DNA of 50,559 nucleotides from Ilumatobacteraceae bacterium (GTDB lineage: Bacteria; Actinomycetota; Acidimicrobiia; Acidimicrobiales; Ilumatobacteraceae): the NCBI GenBank assembly GCA_016463545.1, contig JAEMRC010000001.1, positions 1-50,559 of the forward strand. Reading direction: 5' to 3'. Positions 28,366 to 36,430 of the stretch are shown in pieces. The notes beneath the pieces are model-generated. The model was not told where the DNA came from. It worked only from the letters and a program-made list of their open reading frames with translations, and did no database searches. Position 1 is the first letter of the stretch, and every line of letters begins with the position of its first letter. The translations under genes were made by a program, and so were the position numbers.

Positions 28366-29349
28366 TCACCGTGCGTTCATCGATTCAGCAAACCATCGTG
28401 CAAAATACGTCAGAATAATATCTGCGCCTGCTCGCTTGATTGCGGTGAGATGCTCCATTGCAGTTGCATCATGATCGATCCAACCATTTTGGGCAGCGGC
28501 CTTAATCATGGAGTATTCGCCGCTCACGTGATACGCCGCCACTGGCACATCAACTGATTGTCGCACTGCACTAATGACATCAAGATATGCAAGTGCAGGC
28601 TTGATCATGACAATGTCGGCTCCTTGAGCAATGTCTTCGTGTACTTCGCGCAAGGCCTCGTTAGCATTGTGCCAATCTTGTTGGTACCCTCGGCGATGAC
28701 CCCCATCGGCAATGTTCACATCAACTGCCTCACGAAAAGGTCCGTACAAAGAAGATGCATACTTTGCTGAGTACGCCATTATTGCTACGCCAGAATGTCC
28801 GGCACCATCTAATGCTGCGCGAATAGCACCGACTTGACCATCCATCATTCCGCTTGGTGCCACCATGTGTGCACCTGCATTGGCCTGAGCAATCGCAATC
28901 TTGCAGTACACATCAAGTGTCTTGTCGTTATCGACTGAACCATGACCATCGAGTATTCCGCAATGACCATGCGATGTGTATTCGTCCACGCACAAGTCGG
29001 CGATAATTACCATCTCGTCACCAACCTCAGCTCGCACTTTGGCGAGTGCAATTTGAGCGATGCCACGCGGATCAAAAGCACCTGACCCGACTTCATCTTT
29101 GGATGCTGGAACTCCGAATAAAATCACTCCTCGAACACCTAGATCGCGCAACTCAACTATCTCTTGAACAAGCGAATCAACAGTGTGTTGCATCACTCCA
29201 GGAAGCGACATAATTGGATGAGGTGCTGAAATTCCCTCTCTCACGAAAAGAGGTGCGACCAGATCAGAAGTATGCAGACGAGTCTGGGCGACCAAGTCGC
29301 GCATGGCCTCTGTGGCGCGCAGTCGTCGGGGGCGAGATGTCGGGAACAC
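28366..29349 (-). CDS. hemB: Porphobilinogen synthase (delta-aminolevulinate dehydratase)
   Basis: 327 aa, starts MFPTSRPRRLR, with the active-site region ...DIVMIKPALAYLD. Confidence 0.93.
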   Translation of the reverse strand: MFPTSRPRRLRATEAMRDLVAQTRLHTSDLVAPLFVREGISAPHPIMSLPGVMQHTVDSLVQEIVELRDLGVRGVILFGVPASKDEVGSGAFDPRGIAQIALAKVRAEVGDEMVIIADLCVDEYTSHGHCGILDGHGSVDNDKTLDVYCKIAIAQANAGAHMVAPSGMMDGQVGAIRAALDGAGHSGVAIMAYSAKYASSLYGPFREAVDVNIADGGHRRGYQQDWHNANEALREVHEDIAQGADIVMIKPALAYLDVISAVRQSVDVPVAAYHVSGEYSMIKAAAQNGWIDHDATAMEHLTAIKRAGADIILTYFARWFAESMNAR

Positions 29350-29497
29350 TTCTCTAAATGCTATGGGCGTTTCAGCGTAAATTTATTGATTCCACTTTCT
29401 TGTTTTCAACATGTCTGTACCCGGGCAGTACAACCCCCGCAAGACCAGATGCCAGAGACGGTGCTCAGTTGTGGCGTATGGCTCTGCGCAGTGGTAC

Positions 29498-30232
29498 TTA
29501 TTGACAGGCGTCTATTGCAGCCTGCACGAAAGCTGTCATGCTTTGTTCGGATGCTGTTGCTGTGACGCTCAGTCCACGCGCGATTGCAGTACTTGTTGTA
29601 GACGGACCGAGGCTGATCACAATCGGTGGAGTTGATGCGCCAAAAACATCGAACCACGCGAGGACAGCACTTGATGATGCCAATAATAAAATGTCAGCGG
29701 CAAGAGCGGGCAGCATCTTGTCGGGACTTGGTCGCACATGCGTTGTTCGATATGCGACAACAGATGTGACATGCCAACCAAGATTTGTGAGTCCGTCTGC
29801 AACTTCTGTGTCAGCGAGATCTCCTTGCACAAGAAGCACGCTCCCGGATCCTGCCGGAAATTGATGAACAAGTTGTGTTGCGCGTGCAGGAGATGCAACT
29901 AGGTCAGATTCGTGACCTAGAGTTCGCGCAGTTGCCTCACCAACCACTGCAATTTTGGTGACACCGTTGCGATTATTTGGCGCAGATGAAAGAGCAAGAA
30001 ATGGGGAGACGCGTTCTGCACCGTTTGGCGATGTCACGACAATCCAATCAAACTCATTGAGACGTTGTAATAGTTCATCGCGTTGGCGGCCATTATCAAG
30101 TGGCTCTGCGATGGCAATGAGTGGCAGTTCAACTACTTTGGCACCGTGTGCCGTGAGAAGTTCAGTGAGTTCTTTATTTTGGGTGGCTGCTCGTGTGACA
30201 ACAACAGTGCGACCAAGTAGTTCGTCGCTCAA
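29498..30232 (-). CDS. hemD: Uroporphyrinogen-III synthase
   Basis: 244 aa, HemD-like (GRTVVVTRAATQ...WIVVTSPNGA). Overlaps the hemC stop by 4 nt. Confidence 0.8.
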   Translation of the reverse strand: MSDELLGRTVVVTRAATQNKELTELLTAHGAKVVELPLIAIAEPLDNGRQRDELLQRLNEFDWIVVTSPNGAERVSPFLALSSAPNNRNGVTKIAVVGEATARTLGHESDLVASPARATQLVHQFPAGSGSVLLVQGDLADTEVADGLTNLGWHVTSVVAYRTTHVRPSPDKMLPALAADILLLASSSAVLAWFDVFGASTPPIVISLGPSTTSTAIARGLSVTATASEQSMTAFVQAAIDACQ

Positions 30233-31110
30233 CTGCGCCGACCTCTACGCAGTTGCTTTTGACATTCCCTAGCAATTTCTCGTCCCACCTCAAGATGATC
30301 GTGAATATCCAGAATAGAGCCCGTGAGCTGCACTGATGTGATGTCGTTGGCCATAAACGCGCGAAGCATGTGGTCTGGTGACACGTGCGCAGCAATCGGG
30401 GCAGTGCAACCAGCACCGAGTTCGCTGAGAAATGCACGTTCTGTTTCGACAGCACGACGAGTTGGGGCGTGATCAATGATTTGCAAAAGTCTTCGCGTTG
30501 CGTCATCAAGGGCACGCACTTCTACGGCAACACAACCTTGTCCAACCATTGGAACTGCATCATCAAGGGACAGCACCTGCGTAATTCGATCTTGAAGATC
30601 TAAAACCTCAAGTGCAGCCACTGCCATCACGATTGCGCCATTTTCAGGAATCTTGCCAAGACGAGTATTGATGTTGCCGCGTAGGTCAACGAACTGTAGA
30701 TCTGGTCGCAGTCGTGCAAGTTGTGCGCGACGACGAACTGATCCTGTGGCAACAGTTGCTCCACTGGCGAGACCATCAAGCGTAGAACCGACGAGTGCGT
30801 CGTTGGCAGTGCGTCGTTCAGTAAACGCAGCAATCACTAATCCAGCCTGTTGTTCGGAGGGTAGATCTTTTGCTGAGTGCACTGCGATATCAGCGTGTCC
30901 GTCTAATACTGCTCGCTGTACTTCTTTGACGAAAACACCCTGACCGCCAATTTCATGCAATGGTGTATCTGCTTTTTTGTCACCAAGTGTTTCGACAAAA
31001 ACAAATTCGATCACCAAATCAGCATCAGCGGCAATCAGTTGTTGCGCCAAAAACTCACTCTGCTTTTTTGCCTGAGCACTGCTTCGTGTGGCGAGACGAA
31101 TCGTTGTCAT
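30229..31110 (-). CDS. hemC: Hydroxymethylbilane synthase (porphobilinogen deaminase)
   Basis: 293 aa (IRLATRSSAQAKKQ ... HSAKDLP ... RGNINTRL). Confidence 0.92.
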   Translation of the reverse strand: MTTIRLATRSSAQAKKQSEFLAQQLIAADADLVIEFVFVETLGDKKADTPLHEIGGQGVFVKEVQRAVLDGHADIAVHSAKDLPSEQQAGLVIAAFTERRTANDALVGSTLDGLASGATVATGSVRRRAQLARLRPDLQFVDLRGNINTRLGKIPENGAIVMAVAALEVLDLQDRITQVLSLDDAVPMVGQGCVAVEVRALDDATRRLLQIIDHAPTRRAVETERAFLSELGAGCTAPIAAHVSPDHMLRAFMANDITSVQLTGSILDIHDHLEVGREIARECQKQLRRGRRS

Positions 31111-31139
31111 GCCACTAGCGTACGAAGTTTGCCGACGAA

Positions 31140-32399
31140 CTACTGCAATCCAAAGAGGTCGCGTACCGCGGCGGACAACCGATCGCCCTGGGGGGTACCG
31201 GCAGCATCTTTGAGTTGGATCGAGGGCGAATGCAACAACTTGGCAAGAATCCCGCGGGTCAGCGATTCGACAACTTCTCGTTGATCGTCGGTGAGGTCTT
31301 CTAGACGATGGGCATAGCGAGTGAGTTCTTCTTGGCGCACACGCTCAGCAACTTCGCGAAGTTGAGAGATCAGTGGCGCTGCTTGACGAGCAACTGAATC
31401 GACGACAAATCGCTCGACTTCTTGACCCACGATGTCTCGAACCTTTGCGGCCTCACCAGCGCGCTGTTCTACCCCTCGAGACGCCCAATCACTGAGGTCT
31501 CCAAGATCTCGCAGCGTCACTCCATCAAGATGACTGGCTGCAGGCTCAACATCACGCGGAAGAGCGATATCCACAATCAACAGTGGCGTTGTCACTGATG
31601 ATCGTGCTCTGGCAAGTGCATCAGCGGTGATTACTGCTTGACCTGCACCCGTGCAAGCCAATACAACATCTGCTCGTGATAACTCGGATTCAAGGTCATC
31701 CATTGACGCAACTTTGGCATCGATGCGTTGCGCTAAATCACGTGCGCGCGACTCGGTGCGATTCATGACCGTGATGCTTGATGCACCGGCACGCAATAAC
31801 GCACTTGCAACACCTTCACCCATTCCGCCAGCCCCTACAACAAGAACGCGCCGCTCAGACAGTGTGCCTAAAATCTCTTGGGCCATCTCGACAGCTGCAT
31901 GTGACACCGAGGTTGTAGAGCGACTGATTCCGGTTTCTGTTCGAGCGCGCTTGCCTACTTCTAAAGAATGCCTGAACAGTGCGTTGAGCGCGGTTCGTGC
32001 CACGCCTTCTGCGCGAGCGGTCTCCCACGCCTCGCCGACTTGTCCGAGGATTTCAGTTTCGCCAACGACTGCTGAATCGAGACCAGATGCAACTTCGAAT
32101 AAGTGTGCAATTGCTGCTTCATCATGTTGGCTGTAAAGATGCGGATGAAGTTCGTCTGGCGTGAGACCACTTGATTCGCAGAAAAAATCTCGGATGTCGG
32201 CGTATGCGGCATGAAAACGTTCGGTGATTGCATACACCTCAATGCGATTACATGTTGACAAGACAACCACCTCGCGCACATCATCGCGCACAGACAAACT
32301 GTGAAGCGCTTTGGGAAGTGCTTCTTGAGAAATGGTGACGCGCTCAAGTAGTTCGAGCGGACTTGTGCGGTGATTGATTCCGATGACGACGATGCTCAT
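31140..32399 (-). CDS. hemA: Glutamyl-tRNA reductase
   Basis: 419 aa (VLSTCNRIEVY, GETEILGQV, NAD fold VVGAGGMGE). Confidence 0.92.
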   Translation of the reverse strand: MSIVVIGINHRTSPLELLERVTISQEALPKALHSLSVRDDVREVVVLSTCNRIEVYAITERFHAAYADIRDFFCESSGLTPDELHPHLYSQHDEAAIAHLFEVASGLDSAVVGETEILGQVGEAWETARAEGVARTALNALFRHSLEVGKRARTETGISRSTTSVSHAAVEMAQEILGTLSERRVLVVGAGGMGEGVASALLRAGASSITVMNRTESRARDLAQRIDAKVASMDDLESELSRADVVLACTGAGQAVITADALARARSSVTTPLLIVDIALPRDVEPAASHLDGVTLRDLGDLSDWASRGVEQRAGEAAKVRDIVGQEVERFVVDSVARQAAPLISQLREVAERVRQEELTRYAHRLEDLTDDQREVVESLTRGILAKLLHSPSIQLKDAAGTPQGDRLSAAVRDLFGLQ

Positions 32400-32406
32400 G
32401 AGTTGT

Positions 32407-33123
32407 CTACGCGATCACTGACTCTGAGGCTGAGGTGACGGTAGTTGCACGCGCATCACTGCGAACCTGTTCGTAGTAGCTCAAGATTTGTAATTCGAGC
32501 GCCATGTCTACTTTGCGCACATGAATATCAGAGGGCAGATTCAACATGACGGGGGCAAAGTTGAGAATAGATCCGATTCCGGCTCGCACAAGAAGATCTG
32601 CTGCTGACTGCGCATGTTGGGCAGGTACAGCGATGATGCCAATGCTGACTCCTTTTGATTGAACAATGAGAGGCAGGTCGTCAACATGACTTACGCGAAC
32701 GCCACCCACAACGCTGCCCACTTTTGCCGAGTCACTATCAACGACGGCAGCAACCACAAATCCGCGCTCGCTGAGGCCGCCGTAATTGCCAAGAGCTTGT
32801 CCAAGATTGCCGGCACCAACAATGACGATTGGCCATGACTTGTTCAGCCCAAGTTCACGCTGAATTTGATACAACAAGTAGGCAACGTCGTAACCAACAC
32901 CACGAGTTCCATAGCTTCCTAAATACGACAAATCTTTTCGGACCTTGGCGGCATTCTGCCCAGCCAGAACTGCAAGTTGATCACTTGAGATTTGCGTGCA
33001 ATTGTCTGCGGTGAGATCATTGAGAATGCGCAGATATAGAGGAAGGCGAATCACGGCTGCTTCTGGGATGCGACGACGAGAGACGGGGGTCATGACCTCT
33101 ACGCTATTACTTCGTGCATTCAT
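32407..33123 (-). CDS. rex: Redox-sensing transcriptional repressor Rex
   Basis: 238 aa with a winged-helix N-terminus (IPEAAVIRLPLYLRIL) and Rossmann motif IVGAGNLGQAL. Lies directly upstream of hemA, as in other actinobacteria. Confidence 0.88.
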   Translation of the reverse strand: MNARSNSVEVMTPVSRRRIPEAAVIRLPLYLRILNDLTADNCTQISSDQLAVLAGQNAAKVRKDLSYLGSYGTRGVGYDVAYLLYQIQRELGLNKSWPIVIVGAGNLGQALGNYGGLSERGFVVAAVVDSDSAKVGSVVGGVRVSHVDDLPLIVQSKGVSIGIIAVPAQHAQSAADLLVRAGIGSILNFAPVMLNLPSDIHVRKVDMALELQILSYYEQVRSDARATTVTSASESVIA

Positions 33124-33279
33124 TCACGAAGTCCACAGGCGCCCATCTAGGCTTTCTCCCGTGACCTTTTGCACTCGTGATCATCTTGTGAGTCACGTGG
33201 TGGTGTTCTGAATACCGCCCTTGCCGCCACATCTGTCCTGATCGCACTGGCCTTTGGACTCAGCACGCTGGACCGTTGG

Positions 33280-33945
33280 TTGCGTCGTGGCCGTCGCCAA
33301 GACTTGGTGTGGACGGTAGCGATGACACTCTTTAGTTGTGCATCATTGGCCTTGTGGTGGGCTCAGGCTCGAGGCTGGAGCGATATTTCATTCCGGATAT
33401 TTTTTGCCTTGGGAGCCGTCATCAATGTCCCATGGTTGGCGTTAGGAACTGTGTATCTCTTTCTGGGGACACGAATTGGCGACATCGTGGGTCGATGGCT
33501 GTTGGGTTTCACTGGGTTTTCGGTGGGAGTCGTCTTGGTAGCACCGCTGAAAGCGCCTGTTCTCGCCGATGAATTCCCCACTGCCCGCGATCTTTTTGGC
33601 GTGACACCGCGCATCCTCGCGGCCGTTGGTTCTGGAGTTCCGGCTCTGGTTATTTTTGTCGGAGCAATTTGGTCGGCGATCAGTCTTTGGCGAGGGAAGT
33701 CTCCCACCATCACAACAGCGGCCACACGAGAAGTGAAGTCACCGCGCGCACTGGCGAGCGGAAATATTTTAATTGCTCTTGGAACCGCAGTGTTATCCGC
33801 GAGCGGAACCGTGGCTGGCCGACTAGGCAAGGACACTGCCTTTGTCGCCTCATTGCTCGTCGGAATCAGCATCTTGTTTCTGGGGTTTATTGTCGCCACA
33901 TACGGCACTGCTGCGCGTTCGGCGCGACAACAGTTGATTATTTGA
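33280..33945 (+). CDS. Polytopic membrane protein of unknown function (true start probably upstream of the TTG at 33280)
   Basis: 221 aa and multi-TM. The in-frame upstream sequence, open from 33181, encodes another TM-like stretch. Confidence 0.45.
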   Translation: MRRGRRQDLVWTVAMTLFSCASLALWWAQARGWSDISFRIFFALGAVINVPWLALGTVYLFLGTRIGDIVGRWLLGFTGFSVGVVLVAPLKAPVLADEFPTARDLFGVTPRILAAVGSGVPALVIFVGAIWSAISLWRGKSPTITTAATREVKSPRALASGNILIALGTAVLSASGTVAGRLGKDTAFVASLLVGISILFLGFIVATYGTAARSARQQLII

Positions 33946-34046
33946 GCATCAACAGATTGACGATTCCGGCACCAAAAATAACCACGATCAAAAGAACAAC
34001 GGCAAGTGTTGTAGAGGGGCGCATGTCTCTACCGTAGTGCGTGGCG

Positions 34047-34910
34047 CTACTTGGAACGGAGTGAGACTGCAGAAGTCGTGGTTCCTGCATCACCGTCTCC
34101 GGCAAACAGTGACACCCTGTCTCCGGTTCCCACATTAAGAGTGCTCGCTGCAGATTCACGATCACACGCAAGTGCCAGCATTCCGTATGAATCGATAACA
34201 AGCCCAACTCCCCCAGTTGGAATAGCAGCAAAATTAGCAAGGACCTTCATGCTGCGGATGTCATCTGCCACGAGTACTCGCAATTGCGTTGGCAGGTGTG
34301 CAATGTCATCGACGCCAACGTTGAGTTGACAATTGCCAAAAGAATCAATCCATGTGATTTCACAACGCAACCCCGACCCATACTCGTCATGGGTTTCTTC
34401 TTGAGACAGTGGCACGACGCCTGGGACAAGAAGATCTGCATCAACTTCTTCACCTACTTCTGACAGATTGCCTCCGTTACATAAAAATGCTGCAACGGGG
34501 GCGAAAATATCACGTCCTGCAAAAGTGTTTCCGGGGGCCAACAGATGCAGGTCTGTGTTGGTGAGAGCAAACGCACGTTGCGCGCCGCCAGCCATTGCCA
34601 CGGCTGGAGCAAGCAAACCATTATCTGGTCCGAGCAGAATGCCATCTCCATCTGCAACTTCGATAGCGATCGCACGACGATTGGTTCCGACACCAGGGTC
34701 GACAACTGCAATCACGATTCCTTTTGGAACATATTGAATTGCTCTTGCCAATGTGAGGCTGCCAGAACGAATATCAAATGCCGCAACGCCGTGTGTGATG
34801 TCGGTGATCGTCACGTGCGGGGCCATGTCGATCATCACGGATTTCATCACGCCAACAAATTCATCTTGGAGGCCATAATCAGTGAGTAACGAAATGTGTG
34901 AGTACTTCAT
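34047..34910 (-). CDS. SAM hydroxide adenosyltransferase / SAM hydrolase family protein (DUF62, chlorinase-fluorinase fold)
   Basis: 287 aa (ISLLTDYGLQDEFVGVMKSV ... VVDPGVGTNRRAIA). Confidence 0.8.
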   Translation of the reverse strand: MKYSHISLLTDYGLQDEFVGVMKSVMIDMAPHVTITDITHGVAAFDIRSGSLTLARAIQYVPKGIVIAVVDPGVGTNRRAIAIEVADGDGILLGPDNGLLAPAVAMAGGAQRAFALTNTDLHLLAPGNTFAGRDIFAPVAAFLCNGGNLSEVGEEVDADLLVPGVVPLSQEETHDEYGSGLRCEITWIDSFGNCQLNVGVDDIAHLPTQLRVLVADDIRSMKVLANFAAIPTGGVGLVIDSYGMLALACDRESAASTLNVGTGDRVSLFAGDGDAGTTTSAVSLRSK

Positions 34911-34951
34911 GATTGATTGACCAATGTGTTGCGATGCACTGAGCGACTAAA

Positions 34952-34994
34952 CGACAGGGCCGATGTCAACCCCCCGATGACATCGGCCCTGTCG
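34952..34994 (-). terminator. Perfect 17-bp-stem hairpin followed by TTT on the minus strand
   Basis: Minus strand CGACAGGGCCGATGTCA-TCGGGGGGT-TGACATCGGCCCTGTCG-TTT. It lies about 135 nt downstream of the proC stop and about 40 nt upstream of the DUF62 start. Confidence 0.6.
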
Positions 34995-35129
34995 GCGCAG
35001 TTCCCGAGGGAACGCGACTCTCGAACTGGGCGAACCCTGTTCGGCGACTTCGTACCTCTGTACCCTACGCCCAAATGAGTGGTTATGAAAAATGTCACGC
35101 TATTTATTTTCTTGGGACCGACCAAAGCC

Positions 35130-35924
35130 CTAGGCGCCCATTTCCCGACTGCGGGCGGCGGCGGCGGCGACAGCTTGGTCCAGGATCTGGCGAATTTGGG
35201 CAGTTTCAAGCACCAACAGCCCTGCAGCCGTTGTGCCATTGGGAGATGTCACCCGCTCACGCAATGTCGACGCAGTTTCTGGGGACTCGGCCAGCAATAT
35301 TCCAGAGCCCCGAAACAATTGTTTGACGAGGATTTCGGCCACATCGGGAGCAAGTCCCTGCGCCACTCCAGCGGCGATCAAGGCTTCGGCAATCAGGAAT
35401 AAATAGCCAGGTCCAGAACCAGAAACTGCCGTGACGGCATCGATCTGATCTTCTGACACGCGCACAACGATGCCGACTGCAGCCAACATTGACTCTGCCC
35501 ACTCTATGTCTGCATCAGAACAACTCGTCCCTGCTGCGAGTCCGGTGACACCCTCTGCCACTAACGCAGGTGTGTTGGGCATTGCTCGGATCGCAGCAAT
35601 ATCTGCACCCAATGCGTGCTCAAGAGTTGCTAGTGAGATGCCCGCGGCAATCGACACAACACGTTGTACTCCGACTTTGCGAAGTTGTGTACACACATCA
35701 ACAACTGACTGAGGTTTGACAGCAACGATTGCACCACCACACGAAATGATTGTGGCCGACGTGCGAACGCCAAATTGTTTCGCGACTTCATTTCGTTTAT
35801 CTTCGTCGATCTCAACGACCACGATGGATTCAGCCAAAACACCACCAGCGATAAGACCAGCGATAAGCGCCGTGCCCATATTGCCACCGCCGATAATGGC
35901 TAGAGAAGGTGTAGTGGATGTCAT
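35130..35924 (-). CDS. proC: Pyrroline-5-carboxylate reductase
   Basis: 264 aa (IIGGGNMGTALIAGL ... TSPNGTTAAGL). Confidence 0.88.
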   Translation of the reverse strand: MTSTTPSLAIIGGGNMGTALIAGLIAGGVLAESIVVVEIDEDKRNEVAKQFGVRTSATIISCGGAIVAVKPQSVVDVCTQLRKVGVQRVVSIAAGISLATLEHALGADIAAIRAMPNTPALVAEGVTGLAAGTSCSDADIEWAESMLAAVGIVVRVSEDQIDAVTAVSGSGPGYLFLIAEALIAAGVAQGLAPDVAEILVKQLFRGSGILLAESPETASTLRERVTSPNGTTAAGLLVLETAQIRQILDQAVAAAAARSREMGA

Positions 35925-36409
35925 TTTTCAGAGGCTAACGGCGCATCGGTGCGCGCAAAACGTGTGGCGAATCCCGTGCGAATGAGCATTGGGAAGAAAC
36001 GCTCAACTGTGGCATACATCGTGCCAATAATGCGGTCTAGTTCTGACTCGGTGAGAACCCCAAGTGGCAATTCGCCCCGCAGAAAAAGGGCATCCTCAAT
36101 GCCAATTGAAAAGTGTGCACCAGTGATGCGTTCGTTCTGGCGTAGTGCAAACTCATACAACTCTTGTGCGTTTTCTTCGGGAGCAGGCATGACGTATGTT
36201 TCGTAGCGAAGTGTGCGTTGTCCAAGCAATAACCAGATCGTTGTGAAATCTTTTTCTTCACCACGCATGCGCACAAACCACCGGCGTTCATCTGTGTCGC
36301 CACGATCGACTGCAACGATTGCATCGTTCTTAGTTCACAATATTTCAAGCCATTGATCGATGTATCGTTCGAAGTCAACAAGAATCGAATCTGCAAATAA
36401 TTCACTCAT
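35921..36409 (-). pseudogene. YbjN-like / Rv0487-type conserved protein gene interrupted by an in-frame TGA at 36335..36337
   Basis: My translation from ATG 36409 gives MSELFADSILVDFERYIDQWLEIL*TKNDAIVAVDRGDTDERRWFVRMRGEEKDFTT..., in the same frame as track ORF 35921..36274. Its position between mshA and proC matches the mycobacterial mshA-Rv0487 neighbourhood. Confidence 0.6.
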
Positions 36410-36430
36410 GTGGTCAATCTGTTCGCTCGC

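Noticed and set aside
28295-28369. Cys-periodic N-terminal extension of HemL (FCDPVQCVQAGCSAITCKG, C-x4-C-x4-C-x4-C) if translation starts at the GTG at 28369, which overlaps the hemB stop.
   Set aside because: A GTG at 28294 with an AAGGG Shine-Dalgarno yields the canonical HemL N-terminus (PSNQQLFERSAAVIPGGVNS). The Cys pattern is most likely untranslated hemB-hemL spacer. It is worth a glance only if N-terminal proteomics exist.
33170-33200. Rex autoregulatory operator upstream of rex (CGTGATCATCTTGTGAGTCACGTGG).
   Set aside because: It contains GTGA/TCAC half-site-like pieces, but the spacing (1 or 12 nt) does not fit the TGTGAA-N4-6-TTCACA architecture.
34952-34994. 6C RNA call, because the plus-strand version of the 17-bp hairpin has a CCCCCC loop.
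   Set aside because: 6C RNA has two C-rich loops. I find only one here, and the flanking structure does not resemble what I remember of the family. An Rfam scan would be needed.
34995-35085. Known SAM-I/SAM-IV riboswitch, SRP RNA or tRNA in the proC-DUF62 intergenic region.
   Set aside because: The conserved cores are absent: no GGAAGCAGC-type SRP motif, no SAM-I AGAGGGC.GAGGGA-type core, and no T-loop GGTTCGA with matching stems.
35151-35172. (GGC)n microsatellite-like run.
   Set aside because: It simply encodes the Ala run (AVAAAAAR) at the ProC C-terminus on the opposite strand. It is short and unremarkable at this GC content.
36335-36337. Selenocysteine recoding of the in-frame TGA in the YbjN-like gene.
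   Set aside because: The downstream hairpin is only 6 bp with a 3-nt loop, which is not SECIS-like. The family has no redox-active Cys at this position as far as I know. No sel genes are in the window. Nonsense mutation or sequencing error is more parsimonious, so it is kept as a low-probability alternative only.
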